Sequence record: OR083247.1
Length of the DNA: 64,000 bases
Strand: one strand, 5' to 3'
Source of the DNA: Escherichia phage Bf23
Under the pieces are notes generated by a model. That model saw only the letters and a list, made by a program, of their open reading frames with translations. It had not been told where the DNA came from and searched no databases. The position numbers and the translations under genes are program-made. How positions within the stretch are numbered: position 1 is the first letter of the stretch; the number at the start of each line of letters is the position of its first letter. Positions 46,108 through 55,508 of this stretch are shown piece after piece.

Positions 46108-48438
46108 TTATAACTGGCAACCACCCGAAGCACAACCCGCTGCTTCTTCACCAGCCCCACCACCATTTGCAGTGTTGAAGTTTGCGTAGTACCAAGTCTT
46201 CCAACCATATTTAACAGCAGTCATGAAATCACGAACTACTACCGGGCCAGGAATGATTTCATTCTCAAACTTGGTGTAGTCATAGTACATATTAGTACTG
46301 ATAGACTGGCTGAAGAATTTCTGCATAGTTGCTACCCATTTGATCCATTCAATACGATCTACATCATAAGCCAGTTTATAGCTCATTAACGTTTCCCAGT
46401 CGGTTGCACCTGGAGCAATTGCAATTACTTTATTCACTGCACTACCCTTGATAGATACAATCTTACGAGGTGGTTCAATAGAGTTAGTAACCCCTAACAG
46501 AACGGAAGAACTTTCTCCCGGCATCTGCGCAGTCAGAACAGAATTACGCATACCGTACTTCAGAATGTCTGCACGCAGAGATTCCCAATCCATTTCTAGA
46601 CCTACGGATACCAACTCATCAACAGTTTTCTTATACGTGTCGATTACCAGGATTCCTTTGGATGGTTTAGTACGATTAAACCATTCACATGCACCTTGCT
46701 CTTTGGCTAGACGTACAGAGGCTTTATGCAGGAAGTAGGACAATTTTTCAGCTTCACGATGAATCCAGTTACGAGCCTCAATACCTTCATAAGCCAGACC
46801 TTCTGCTGCCATTGCACCTGCTGCGTTCATAAGGCCAATACCAACGTTACGACGTTTCTTAGCTGTATATTCCATGGTCGGGAACGGATAGTCCTGAATT
46901 TCAATAATTGTATCAACGAATTTCAGGAGGATGTAGCAGGTTTTTTCCCACTCAGCCAGAGATTCCATGCGTCCAAGTACAACACCACCTAAGTTACACA
47001 GAGATACTTCACCAATATCCTCCGGCTTCATTTGATCAAGTTGTTCTTTTGTTTTATACAGTTCCGTGATATGATGGAACGGGCGTGTAGGTTGAGTAAT
47101 TTCAACACAAAGGTTTGTCATACGGATCGGATCAAGGAAGTTACCGTGACGATTAGATTCCCCGATGTGGTGAGCATACATACGTCCTGTTTCCATTCGG
47201 ATACGTAGCCAAGTATCTAGGATTTCTTTTGCAGAGACTTTAGGAGCTGCTGGAACTGTTTTTCCTTCGTGGTCGATCTTTGTAAGAGATGCCACACGTT
47301 TCTCCGCTGCCACATAGATTTCTTCAAATTTAGCCTCGTCATCACTATAAAACGCTTCATGAACTTCTGGAGCATAGAAGTATGACATTAGCGTAATATC
47401 TTCATTTTTCAGATAACGTTTTAACAAAAGATTGTTGAAGCTCAGAGAATAATCCATCTTATCGATTTTATTCTCATCTGTAGCACGTTGTTGCTTAACC
47501 TGCATCAATTGAATGATTTCAGGGTCAAAGTATGGATAAGACACTGTAGCAGAACCACCACGAGTTTGCTGAGTATTGGCCTTTACTGAGCGGTCAATGT
47601 GTCGATAATATGGCAGTTTTCCGGAATGCGGGAATGCCCCATTTCGCACCGGATCAGCAATTGATCGGCTTTCAAGATGATACCCGATTCCCGCTCTGGC
47701 TGCGACCATTTTGAAGACGATGTGCTCGGCGGTGTCGATTGAATCCAACGTGTCAGTGGAATCCACGAGGCAGCAACTAGCAAATCCACGGTCACTAGAG
47801 CGCAGACCAACCAGTGGCGGCGTAGGAACGTTGATTTTGTGGAGCGACATTGCGTTGTAGAGGTCGATTGCATCTAGAATTGTCCAGTTAGGTTGAGATA
47901 ACATCGCCATTGCCATACCCATGTAGGCAAACTGCGGAGTTTCATAAATTTCACCAGTGGCTATGTTGCGGCGGGAATACTTATCAAAGAACTGCTTCAG
48001 TCCACCACTAGTAAAAAGACGGTCACGATCATGGTCGATAACCTGATTCAGAGCTTCAAATTGCTCATCGGTAATCCATGCACTCATGTCTTCCCATGCA
48101 CCTACGCTAACCATGTGGTCATGGAAGAAGCGCAGAGAAGGTGGTTCGAAAGAATCATAAAGGCGTTTACGCATTTGCGCAAGACGTAATTCCTTTGCTG
48201 GCACATCGTATGCTGGGTTATCTTTGATAAGACTTTCAGCAGCCTTAATTAATGCGTCCATCAGAGTGTCGGAATCTACAACCCCTTTAGGCAGAGTTTT
48301 TTGAGCAGCCATAGTAATGGCTGACCAACTTACATCAACTGTTTTGCAACCATACTCTGCCCAACCATTGAGTTTTTCAGGAGCAAAGTCTTCTACAGTA
48401 CCGTCACGTTTAATTACTTTTTCAATGCGATGGCTCAT
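46108..48438 (-). CDS. nrdA: ribonucleotide reductase class Ia, alpha subunit
   Basis: start trimmed to 'MSHRIEKVIKRDG' (ATP-cone-like) with RBS 'aaggaaag'; catalytic-cysteine context 'CNLGGV'. Confidence 0.8.
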   Translation of the reverse strand: MSHRIEKVIKRDGTVEDFAPEKLNGWAEYGCKTVDVSWSAITMAAQKTLPKGVVDSDTLMDALIKAAESLIKDNPAYDVPAKELRLAQMRKRLYDSFEPPSLRFFHDHMVSVGAWEDMSAWITDEQFEALNQVIDHDRDRLFTSGGLKQFFDKYSRRNIATGEIYETPQFAYMGMAMAMLSQPNWTILDAIDLYNAMSLHKINVPTPPLVGLRSSDRGFASCCLVDSTDTLDSIDTAEHIVFKMVAARAGIGYHLESRSIADPVRNGAFPHSGKLPYYRHIDRSVKANTQQTRGGSATVSYPYFDPEIIQLMQVKQQRATDENKIDKMDYSLSFNNLLLKRYLKNEDITLMSYFYAPEVHEAFYSDDEAKFEEIYVAAEKRVASLTKIDHEGKTVPAAPKVSAKEILDTWLRIRMETGRMYAHHIGESNRHGNFLDPIRMTNLCVEITQPTRPFHHITELYKTKEQLDQMKPEDIGEVSLCNLGGVVLGRMESLAEWEKTCYILLKFVDTIIEIQDYPFPTMEYTAKKRRNVGIGLMNAAGAMAAEGLAYEGIEARNWIHREAEKLSYFLHKASVRLAKEQGACEWFNRTKPSKGILVIDTYKKTVDELVSVGLEMDWESLRADILKYGMRNSVLTAQMPGESSSVLLGVTNSIEPPRKIVSIKGSAVNKVIAIAPGATDWETLMSYKLAYDVDRIEWIKWVATMQKFFSQSISTNMYYDYTKFENEIIPGPVVVRDFMTAVKYGWKTWYYANFNTANGGGAGEEAAGCASGGCQL

Positions 48439-48559
48439 TTGGCTTTCCTTTTTATAGTTATCAGGATTTAAGGAATATTCTACTTTATTATCGGTCATTA
48501 GGCAAATAAAATTTTCTGATAGAAAAGGCCCGAGTATTTTCATACCCAGGCCCTGTATA

Positions 48560-48802
48560 TTACCAGTCTAGCTTTTTAGCTTGTTCAATTACTTTAGCTC
48601 TAGCTACTTCTTTTAATAGAATATCTATAGAGGTGCTCAGCTCGTTATAATTGAATGGTTTATTTGGATTTGAGGTTACAATTTTCCACGCTAGGGTTGT
48701 CTTAGGACTTTCTTCCCCTTCCTTACGTGTAATCATATTAGCAGCACTCAGTGAAGTACGATGTATTTTAGTTTTACGGCTCAGATGAACGACGTTTCCC
48801 AT
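48560..48802 (-). CDS. hypothetical protein
   Basis: start trimmed to Met with RBS 'aaggtg' to avoid overlap with phoH. Confidence 0.4.
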   Translation of the reverse strand: MGNVVHLSRKTKIHRTSLSAANMITRKEGEESPKTTLAWKIVTSNPNKPFNYNELSTSIDILLKEVARAKVIEQAKKLDW

Positions 48803-48803
48803 A

Positions 48804-49565
48804 TTACACCTTCCCCATGTCTTTAAAAATATCATAGAATGCTTTAGACTCAACAGAACGAACGTTATCAATCAATTCGATCATTGAGAAGGGGGCATTT
48901 TCGTATTTCTCATAGACTTCCATAAGTAGTGCTAGACCTGAGTCACCTTTAATGTCTTTCTGAGCTATATCTCCGCAGATAATTAAACGGCAGTCTTGCC
49001 CTACACGAGTTAGGAGACAAATCATTGCCTCAACGGAAATATTCTGAGCTTCATCGACAATTACATAGGAGTTGTTGAAAGTTCTGCCACGAGCATGTTC
49101 GACAGCCAAAAATTTAATTTTCTGACGTTCGACATATCCTTTATATGCATGATCGCCGATGGCCCATTTCATACCATCAGCTATTGGCTCTAACCAAGGC
49201 TCTAGCTTTTCCGCTAGATCACCAGGAAGCATACCAAGAGACTTACCTAGAGGTTCATTAGGACGTACGAGGATCACTTGCTCAATATCTGAGTGAATGT
49301 CTACGAGTTCCTGAGCTGCAAGAACAGACGGGATAAAGGTTTTACCAGTACCTGGCTCACCAATACCCACAGTCACTGTGTTGTTCTTGATCATATTGAT
49401 ATATGATTTTTGCTCGCGGTTTTTACCTACTAGGGATTTAGCAACTGGGTTAGCGTAATCATTAGAAAAATCAGCCTGAATTACGTTATTCTCATATTTG
49501 TTGCCACGCTTTCTTGAACCATTGCGGTTCTCTCTTTTTTGACGTGCTTTTCCCATAAATAACAC
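48804..49565 (-). CDS. phoH: PhoH-like ATPase
   Basis: 253-aa ORF; Walker A 'GEPGTGKTF', Walker B 'VIVDEAQN'. Confidence 0.7.
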   Translation of the reverse strand: MLFMGKARQKRENRNGSRKRGNKYENNVIQADFSNDYANPVAKSLVGKNREQKSYINMIKNNTVTVGIGEPGTGKTFIPSVLAAQELVDIHSDIEQVILVRPNEPLGKSLGMLPGDLAEKLEPWLEPIADGMKWAIGDHAYKGYVERQKIKFLAVEHARGRTFNNSYVIVDEAQNISVEAMICLLTRVGQDCRLIICGDIAQKDIKGDSGLALLMEVYEKYENAPFSMIELIDNVRSVESKAFYDIFKDMGKV

Positions 49566-49629
49566 TCCTATAGTGTACTTCGCTAACAGAGGATCAACAA
49601 AAAGATCTTGTTTATCAACTTACAAATAT

Positions 49630-49658
49630 ATTATACCAATATATACAGTAAAAAGCAA
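49630..49658 (-). promoter_or_regulatory. T5-type early promoter upstream of phoH
   Basis: conserved cassette. Confidence 0.55.
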
Positions 49659-49850
49659 CTACAATTTTAAATAAGCCTATGATATTGCATTTAAATAAAA
49701 AATTTGCTTGCTTTTAACGTGAGATGTGTGATACTAGATAATCATTTTATATCGCGTGCACGAGTGCGTGATTATACAATTTTTAATAGAGATTGGCAAA
49801 TAAAATTTTTTGACTCAGATCATGTTACAGAACTTTATAGTAAAATATTG

Positions 49851-49879
49851 TTGACATCCGCCCTCGAATGAGTTATAAT
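49851..49879 (+). promoter_or_regulatory. consensus sigma-70 promoter TTGACA-17-TATAAT upstream of nrdD
   Basis: exact consensus hexamers with 17-bp spacer. Confidence 0.65.
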
Positions 49880-49908
49880 AGTAGTCTTAGTTAGAGAAGG
49901 AGAGTATA

Positions 49909-51783
49909 ATGAATCGTAATGAAGAACTAAAGTATAAAGAAATGCAGGCGTTAATTAGAAACTGCAAAGAGATTATCGAAGGATCAGCAGATGAAGAGCT
50001 GCTGTTTAATAATGCCAATAAACCCTCAGAACGTTTCCCTACACAAAGGGATATGCTTGCAGGGGAATTGAGTAAATATCTGATTCTAGAAGAAATGCCA
50101 ATTCAGATTCGAAATGCTCATATGATTGGAGATATTCATTTCCATGATGCTGATTACGCTGCTTTAGGTATGACTAACTGTTGTCTAGTAGCTCTGGAAG
50201 ATATGCTAAAAAATGGTATGAAAGTTGGTAATGCTGAAATTAGTACACCAAATTCTATTACTACTGCGGCTGCTATTACAGCTCAGATTATCACACAGGT
50301 TAGCTCCCATCAGTATGGCGGTACTTCTGTAGACCGATTAGATGAAGTATTGGCTCCTTATGTTCGTAAGTCTTATGATAAGAATCATGCGTTTGCAAAA
50401 CGTTGGACTAAGGATGAAGCCAAAGCATCAGTAATGGCTACTGAGATGACTGAAAAAGAAGTCTATGATGCTTGTCAGGGTCTAGAGTATGAAATCAATA
50501 CGATGTTCAATTCTAATGGTCAGAGTCCATTTATTACCTTTGGTTTTGGTCTAGGAACTTCTTGGGAAGCACGTCTAGTACAGAAAGCAATACTGAAAGT
50601 ACGTATGGATGGCCTAGGCATCAATAAACGTACAGCTATCTTTCCGAAACTGGTGTTTGTTCTGCGTGATGGCGTAAATATGAAGCCAGGAGATGTTAAT
50701 TATGACATCAAGAAGTTAGCTATGAAATGTACTGCTGAACGTATGTATCCCGACTATATCAGCTACGATAAGGTTGTGGAAGTTACTGGTGACTATAAAG
50801 TTTCTATGGGCTGCCGTTCATTCCTGGCTGCTACAGAGGATGGTGAAACTGCCGGTCGTAATAACTTAGGTGTTGTTTCTGTAAACTTGCCTAGAATTGC
50901 TATCGAAGCTGAAGGGAATATTGATCTATTCTTTGATTTGCTTGAGCTACGTGTGGATACAGCGTTAAAAGCATTGGAGTGGAGAGTTGATCGCTTAAAA
51001 TACATTCAAGCTAAAGCTGCGCCTATCCTCTATATGTCAGGAGCCTTTGGATTACGCTTAGGGCCTGATGAATATGTATTCGATCATTTCTATAACCGTG
51101 CTTCTGTATCTCTGGGGTATATTGGTTGCCATGAAATGCTACAGTTCATGTTTGGCAAAGATGTAGATACAATGTCTGAGACCTGCATCAAGTTTGTTCA
51201 GCGTGTGCTGCAGTACATGCGGGATAGGGTCGATCAGAAGAAGGAAGAGACTAAGTTAGGTTATAGCCTGTATGCTACACCATCAGAGTCCCTATGTGAT
51301 CGCTTTTGTCGTCTAGACCGTGAATATTTCCCGGAGCATGAAGATATTCTGTCCAAAGGATACTACACTAACTCTCACCACCTTGATGTGGAACGTAAAG
51401 TTGCTCCTAACGTGAAATTTGATTATGAATCTAACTTTACTCCGATTGCTTCTGGTGGATGTATCTCTTATGTAGAACTACCAGATATGAAACGATTCCC
51501 GGATGCACTGGAATGGGTTATTAATTATGCTGCTAGTAAGGTTCATTACTTCGGTATTAATACTCCAGTGGATTCCTGTGGTAAATGTGGATTCTTAGGT
51601 GAAACAGTAGCATCCGAAGATGGATTCAAGTGCCCTATCTGTGGTAATCATGACCCTGAAACTCTTGAAGTAACTCGTCGAGTTTGTGGGTATCTTGGAA
51701 ATCCAGGTGCTCGTCCGTTTAACCCAGGAAAACAACATGAGGTTATGGGCAGGGTGAAACATCAGGATATTCGAGCTAAATAA
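49909..51783 (+). CDS. nrdD: anaerobic ribonucleoside-triphosphate reductase
   Basis: 624-aa ORF; C-terminal zinc ribbon 'CGKCGF...CPICG' and glycyl-radical motif 'RVCGYLG'. Confidence 0.8.
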   Translation: MNRNEELKYKEMQALIRNCKEIIEGSADEELLFNNANKPSERFPTQRDMLAGELSKYLILEEMPIQIRNAHMIGDIHFHDADYAALGMTNCCLVALEDMLKNGMKVGNAEISTPNSITTAAAITAQIITQVSSHQYGGTSVDRLDEVLAPYVRKSYDKNHAFAKRWTKDEAKASVMATEMTEKEVYDACQGLEYEINTMFNSNGQSPFITFGFGLGTSWEARLVQKAILKVRMDGLGINKRTAIFPKLVFVLRDGVNMKPGDVNYDIKKLAMKCTAERMYPDYISYDKVVEVTGDYKVSMGCRSFLAATEDGETAGRNNLGVVSVNLPRIAIEAEGNIDLFFDLLELRVDTALKALEWRVDRLKYIQAKAAPILYMSGAFGLRLGPDEYVFDHFYNRASVSLGYIGCHEMLQFMFGKDVDTMSETCIKFVQRVLQYMRDRVDQKKEETKLGYSLYATPSESLCDRFCRLDREYFPEHEDILSKGYYTNSHHLDVERKVAPNVKFDYESNFTPIASGGCISYVELPDMKRFPDALEWVINYAASKVHYFGINTPVDSCGKCGFLGETVASEDGFKCPICGNHDPETLEVTRRVCGYLGNPGARPFNPGKQHEVMGRVKHQDIRAK

Positions 51784-51790
51784 GCTAAAC

Positions 51791-51823
51791 AGCCAGGTTG
51801 CTAGTCGACCTGGCTTTTATTTT
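51791..51823 (+). terminator. rho-independent terminator after nrdD
   Basis: hairpin AGCCAGGT...ACCTGGCT followed by a T-run. Confidence 0.6.
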
Positions 51824-51825
51824 AT

Positions 51826-51854
51826 TTGCTTTCAGCTAAAAATATATGTATAAT
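51826..51854 (+). promoter_or_regulatory. T5-type early promoter (TTGCTT-17-TATAAT)
   Basis: conserved cassette plus leader 'agatttataaatttgagaggag'. Confidence 0.65.
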
Positions 51855-51882
51855 AGATTTATAAATTTGAGAGGAGAAAGAT

Positions 51883-52164
51883 ATGAGCGAATTGCTTCCG
51901 AAAGTAGATATTTCTCATCTTGGAGAGCCTAGTGAAGAACGTAAGGCTCTTGATTGGCTAGGTTACTTTGATTATCGTCGTGTTGTTGCAACATGGAATG
52001 ATAAGAAAGTTAAGAAGTTTCGGGTACATTATGTAGGTAAAGACAAGTGGCTCTGGATTGATTATGAAGAATCGAAGGGGTCTACTAAGGCTGTGAAAAT
52101 TTATTGTATGTATGGGTATTATTATGCTCACTGTGATAAGAATGAATTTACAGTACAGAACTAA
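51883..52164 (+). CDS. hypothetical protein
   Basis: 93-aa ORF with RBS 'gaggag'. Confidence 0.5.
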   Translation: MSELLPKVDISHLGEPSEERKALDWLGYFDYRRVVATWNDKKVKKFRVHYVGKDKWLWIDYEESKGSTKAVKIYCMYGYYYAHCDKNEFTVQN

Positions 52165-52173
52165 GGAACAAGA

Positions 52174-52377
52174 ATGAAAAACGTAAAACATCTTAAATAT
52201 CGCTTAATCTATAATGGACGTATGGAAACTGAAGAGCTAGCTCAATTAGCTATTAACTCTAATGAGGTTATGGTGCGTGCGCTAGCAATTGAAAAGTTGC
52301 GGGCTTCTTATGAAAGTCGTATTATGGAACTAGAGGAGAAACTTTATGGCATTCTCGAAGCCGATGCTACCCGATAA
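52174..52377 (+). CDS. hypothetical protein
   Basis: 67-aa ORF. Confidence 0.4.
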   Translation: MKNVKHLKYRLIYNGRMETEELAQLAINSNEVMVRALAIEKLRASYESRIMELEEKLYGILEADATR

Positions 52378-52567
52378 TGGCTTAAATGCTGCGCTGGAAA
52401 ATGCATTGATGCAGCAGTGGGAGGCTGGATATAAGGATGGGGTTGAATCTTGTGCGAAAATAATGGATATAATGGCTAATTCTGTAGTTGGGAAAGCCCA
52501 TCCAGAAGTATCTGATATACTCCATAACCTTAGTAAAAACTTCAGAGAGCAGGTGAAAAATGCGTAG
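52346..52567 (+). CDS. hypothetical protein
   Basis: 73-aa ORF. Confidence 0.4.
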   Translation: MAFSKPMLPDNGLNAALENALMQQWEAGYKDGVESCAKIMDIMANSVVGKAHPEVSDILHNLSKNFREQVKNA

Positions 52568-53396
52568 ATTAATTATTATTAGTGGTGCAGGTTTGAGTGT
52601 TGAAAGTGGTGTACGAGCCTTCCGTACTGATACTGCTAGTGGTAAAGCATTGTGGGATGATTATGACTTAGAAGAGGTATGTAATATTCATGCCTTTCGT
52701 GGTAATTTTTATCATAAAACCCACACGTTTTACAACAAACGTCGTGAAGAGTTAGAAACTGTTGAACCCAATCTTGCACACCTGCGTATTGGTGAATGGT
52801 ATAAGAAATATCCGGGTCAAGTAGTAAACTTAACTACCAACGTTGATGACCTTATTGAGCGTGCTGGCGTTCCACATAGTGACATTCTGCACATTCATGG
52901 GTATTTAAAAGAGATTGTTGTAGCTGATAGCTACAATAGTAGCAATAAACGAGTTATTGATGTTGGGTATAACTCTATTGACCCAGATGATTATAAATGG
53001 GTTAAACCTAATGTAGTCTTCTTCGGAGAACATGCTCCAGCATATGCAGAAATGTACAATGTTTTTGATGGTATTACCAGTCAAGATATGATCATTGTGG
53101 TTGGTTGCTCTAACCAAGTAATTAACTTCTACTGGGAATTATTCCCTGTTCTTAATCTGACTGCTGCAAAACTTATGGTAGTTAACTACTACGATAGTGC
53201 CTTAGCGGCGGAACCAGGCTATCAAGGTATGACTCGTAGTGATATGTACCAACTGGAAGATCGTGGTATTCCTTACTGGAGTAAAGGTGCGGTAGATGCT
53301 TTCAGTGACCCTGGTTTTATTGCTCGTGTGGAAGCTCATCTAGAGGGTAGGCCTTATGTGCCGGAGAGAAGGGGAAACAGATATGTCCATAGTTAA
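52560..53396 (+). CDS. Sir2-like NAD-dependent deacetylase / NADase family protein
   Basis: 278-aa ORF; N-terminal 'IISGAGLSVESGVRAFRTD' matches the sirtuin NAD-binding motif GAGIS-ESG-IP-FR. Confidence 0.55.
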   Translation: MRRLIIISGAGLSVESGVRAFRTDTASGKALWDDYDLEEVCNIHAFRGNFYHKTHTFYNKRREELETVEPNLAHLRIGEWYKKYPGQVVNLTTNVDDLIERAGVPHSDILHIHGYLKEIVVADSYNSSNKRVIDVGYNSIDPDDYKWVKPNVVFFGEHAPAYAEMYNVFDGITSQDMIIVVGCSNQVINFYWELFPVLNLTAAKLMVVNYYDSALAAEPGYQGMTRSDMYQLEDRGIPYWSKGAVDAFSDPGFIARVEAHLEGRPYVPERRGNRYVHS

Positions 53397-53565
53397 ATCT
53401 GTATATACACATCCCGATGATATATTTGTATGGGCGGATGGTAGTTGGTGCTATCGATGTGAGCTATGGGAAATGGACTATAAATCCGATGACTATGGTG
53501 TCATATATGTTGATACAGTTGAGTATGATACGTTCTTAGAAAGGGACAAAAATGAAAATAAGTAA
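53383..53565 (+). CDS. hypothetical protein
   Basis: start trimmed to Met with RBS 'gagaagggga'. Confidence 0.35.
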   Translation: MSIVKSVYTHPDDIFVWADGSWCYRCELWEMDYKSDDYGVIYVDTVEYDTFLERDKNENK

Positions 53566-54058
53566 TACTCCAATTATTTTTCTAGATATTGATGGGGTGC
53601 TCAACTCGAGCATCTCCCATCACCATGCACCTGATGATGAAAAGATTTTCTTTGGAAGTGACTGGGTCTTTAAACCGCTTCTCAAGGCTTTTCAGGACTT
53701 TATTCGTCCTTCTCCAATAATGATTGTTGGGGTATCTTCATGGTTCTCTGTTAGGAATGAGGTGGAGAACGTTCAGATTATGACCGGATTAGATCTTATC
53801 GATCGTTTTCTTGGTACAACGGATTTTACTGGTGGTGGATTATCTAGAGGTAATTCTGTTCTTCGCTTCGTTGAAAAGCATAAGCTCAAACATTGGTGTG
53901 TGCTGGATGACGCTGGTGCTATGATGTACCAGTATCCAACGGTTATAGTCAACGGTAGAACTGGAATAAATCTTCAAGATTTAAGAGCTGTTAGCTATAT
54001 GCTAGAATTTAGCCCAGATCTTGAAATGTGTAAATCCTTACAACAATTTAAGGTGTAA
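53552..54058 (+). CDS. HAD-like phosphatase
   Basis: 168-aa ORF; N-terminal 'IIFLDIDGVLNS' HAD motif I, C-terminal 'VLDD'. Confidence 0.5.
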   Translation: MKISNTPIIFLDIDGVLNSSISHHHAPDDEKIFFGSDWVFKPLLKAFQDFIRPSPIMIVGVSSWFSVRNEVENVQIMTGLDLIDRFLGTTDFTGGGLSRGNSVLRFVEKHKLKHWCVLDDAGAMMYQYPTVIVNGRTGINLQDLRAVSYMLEFSPDLEMCKSLQQFKV

Positions 54059-54060
54059 AT

Positions 54061-54489
54061 ATGTTCAATAATGTATTCTCTAAAGAAGCTAACCCAATTT
54101 TGGTTAATTTTTGGCGTACTCTTCCAGCCAACCTGTACAATGAGGCTATTAATGCTCTGAAAATATGGTGTGAGAATAATGAAATCTCCTTTGCTTTTAA
54201 GGGTGAGATTGAAGAAGCTCCCTGTATTGGTTTAATTGTGCAGGTAGAGGATGGTTTGGAAGAGATTGTCGGCTGGAAAGAGTTGGATGAAATGGGGTTG
54301 GTTTTTGCATTAAACTATAAGCTATTTATGCCCAATAAACACCGTATTGTTGTTAACTATAAAACCAGTGAATCTCCGGGCTTTCAAGTTAATGAACATT
54401 ACGGTTGGTCTTACTCACCGGAAGAAGTAAATGATGGTATCCAAAAACTTCGTCGTTTTGGTTATCAAATTCCGGGTTTAACCGCCTAA
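54061..54489 (+). CDS. hypothetical protein, paralog A of a tandem pair
   Basis: 142-aa ORF; shares 'PCIG', 'E(L/M)xxMGL(V/I)xALN(Y/F)xLF' and C-terminal 'PGL' with 54499-54891. Confidence 0.5.
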   Translation: MFNNVFSKEANPILVNFWRTLPANLYNEAINALKIWCENNEISFAFKGEIEEAPCIGLIVQVEDGLEEIVGWKELDEMGLVFALNYKLFMPNKHRIVVNYKTSESPGFQVNEHYGWSYSPEEVNDGIQKLRRFGYQIPGLTA

Positions 54490-54498
54490 GGGGGCACA

Positions 54499-54891
54499 AT
54501 GGAACAAGTATATTGGCGTCAGATTGATCCTAGTTTGGTGAAGCGTGCGGAGAAGCTGCTACAACGTTGGTTGGGGGTAAGACAAGCCTCCTTCACTTTT
54601 CCGGAGCAGCAAATAGACGATCCCTGTATTGGTGTTTTCCTATCAGGCTACGCTAGGGAATGGGAATTGGATTGGAATGAGTTGTCTGCTATGGGTTTAA
54701 TTGTTGCACTAAATTTCTCTTTGTTCCATCCACGTGGTTTGGCCCTATGTCGTGTGCCTGATGACGGTTGTTCGCCCCATCTTTTACAGGTGGAAGATGA
54801 TATTTGGGAGTACACTCCAGATATTCTCAAAGAAGCTAAAGAACAGTTAAACCATGTTGGGATCTATGTTCCAGGCTTGAATGATGAATGA
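54499..54891 (+). CDS. hypothetical protein, paralog B of a tandem pair
   Basis: 130-aa ORF with RBS 'aaggggg'; paralogous to 54061-54489. Confidence 0.5.
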   Translation: MEQVYWRQIDPSLVKRAEKLLQRWLGVRQASFTFPEQQIDDPCIGVFLSGYAREWELDWNELSAMGLIVALNFSLFHPRGLALCRVPDDGCSPHLLQVEDDIWEYTPDILKEAKEQLNHVGIYVPGLNDE

Positions 54892-55508
54892 TTTTTATTA
54901 GCTGAACTCTGATTACCGAGTCATTTTGGCTCGGTTTTCTCTGTGCTTAAAGACACTGATAGCACCTTTGGGAAAAATTTACTTGCATGATGCCCAAAAT
55001 CTTGATATAATATTTATATTGAATTGAGAGACATTAGTAAAAATTGATTTTGCTAATTTTTCTTGTTTACAATCCGCGATACGGAACAGTTAGGCTGCCC
55101 CATTAAGGGTTGTTTTAACTATTACTAGTGTTTATATTGCATTAGTTAATCTTCAATTAAGTGATCTGTGTACCCTGAATTCGGAAAGGTAAATCCAAAC
55201 CGTGCATATTTAGCTCGTTATATAGGCAGAGTTTTATATGGGGGTGCGAACGAAAAGAGCAGCGAATGGCGGCACGTACAGTAGTCACCTACCAATAGGA
55301 TAGTGAGGACAAATAGAATCGGCTTAGCGGCCAATGACCTAGGTTCTATTCTGTATATGAGCGAAGAGAGCACAGCACTGAGATATGATAACTTATTCAT
55401 ATTGTTTGATGATAATTGATGTTTACGTAAATAGTAGTAATAGTTGTTCTATTCTTTCTGAATAGTCCTAAAGAAAAGATTTCGATTAACCAACATAGGA
55501 GTATTGTT

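Noticed and set aside
45963-46208. 81-aa minus-strand ORF between nrdA and nrdB
   Set aside because: It overlaps the nrdB start, the early promoter and the inter-genic hairpin, and its sequence is low-complexity; it is best read as intergenic regulatory DNA.
55218-55400. 60-aa minus-strand ORF in the leader of the ATPase gene
   Set aside because: No RBS or promoter; it lies in the GC-rich putative structured segment, so more likely non-coding.
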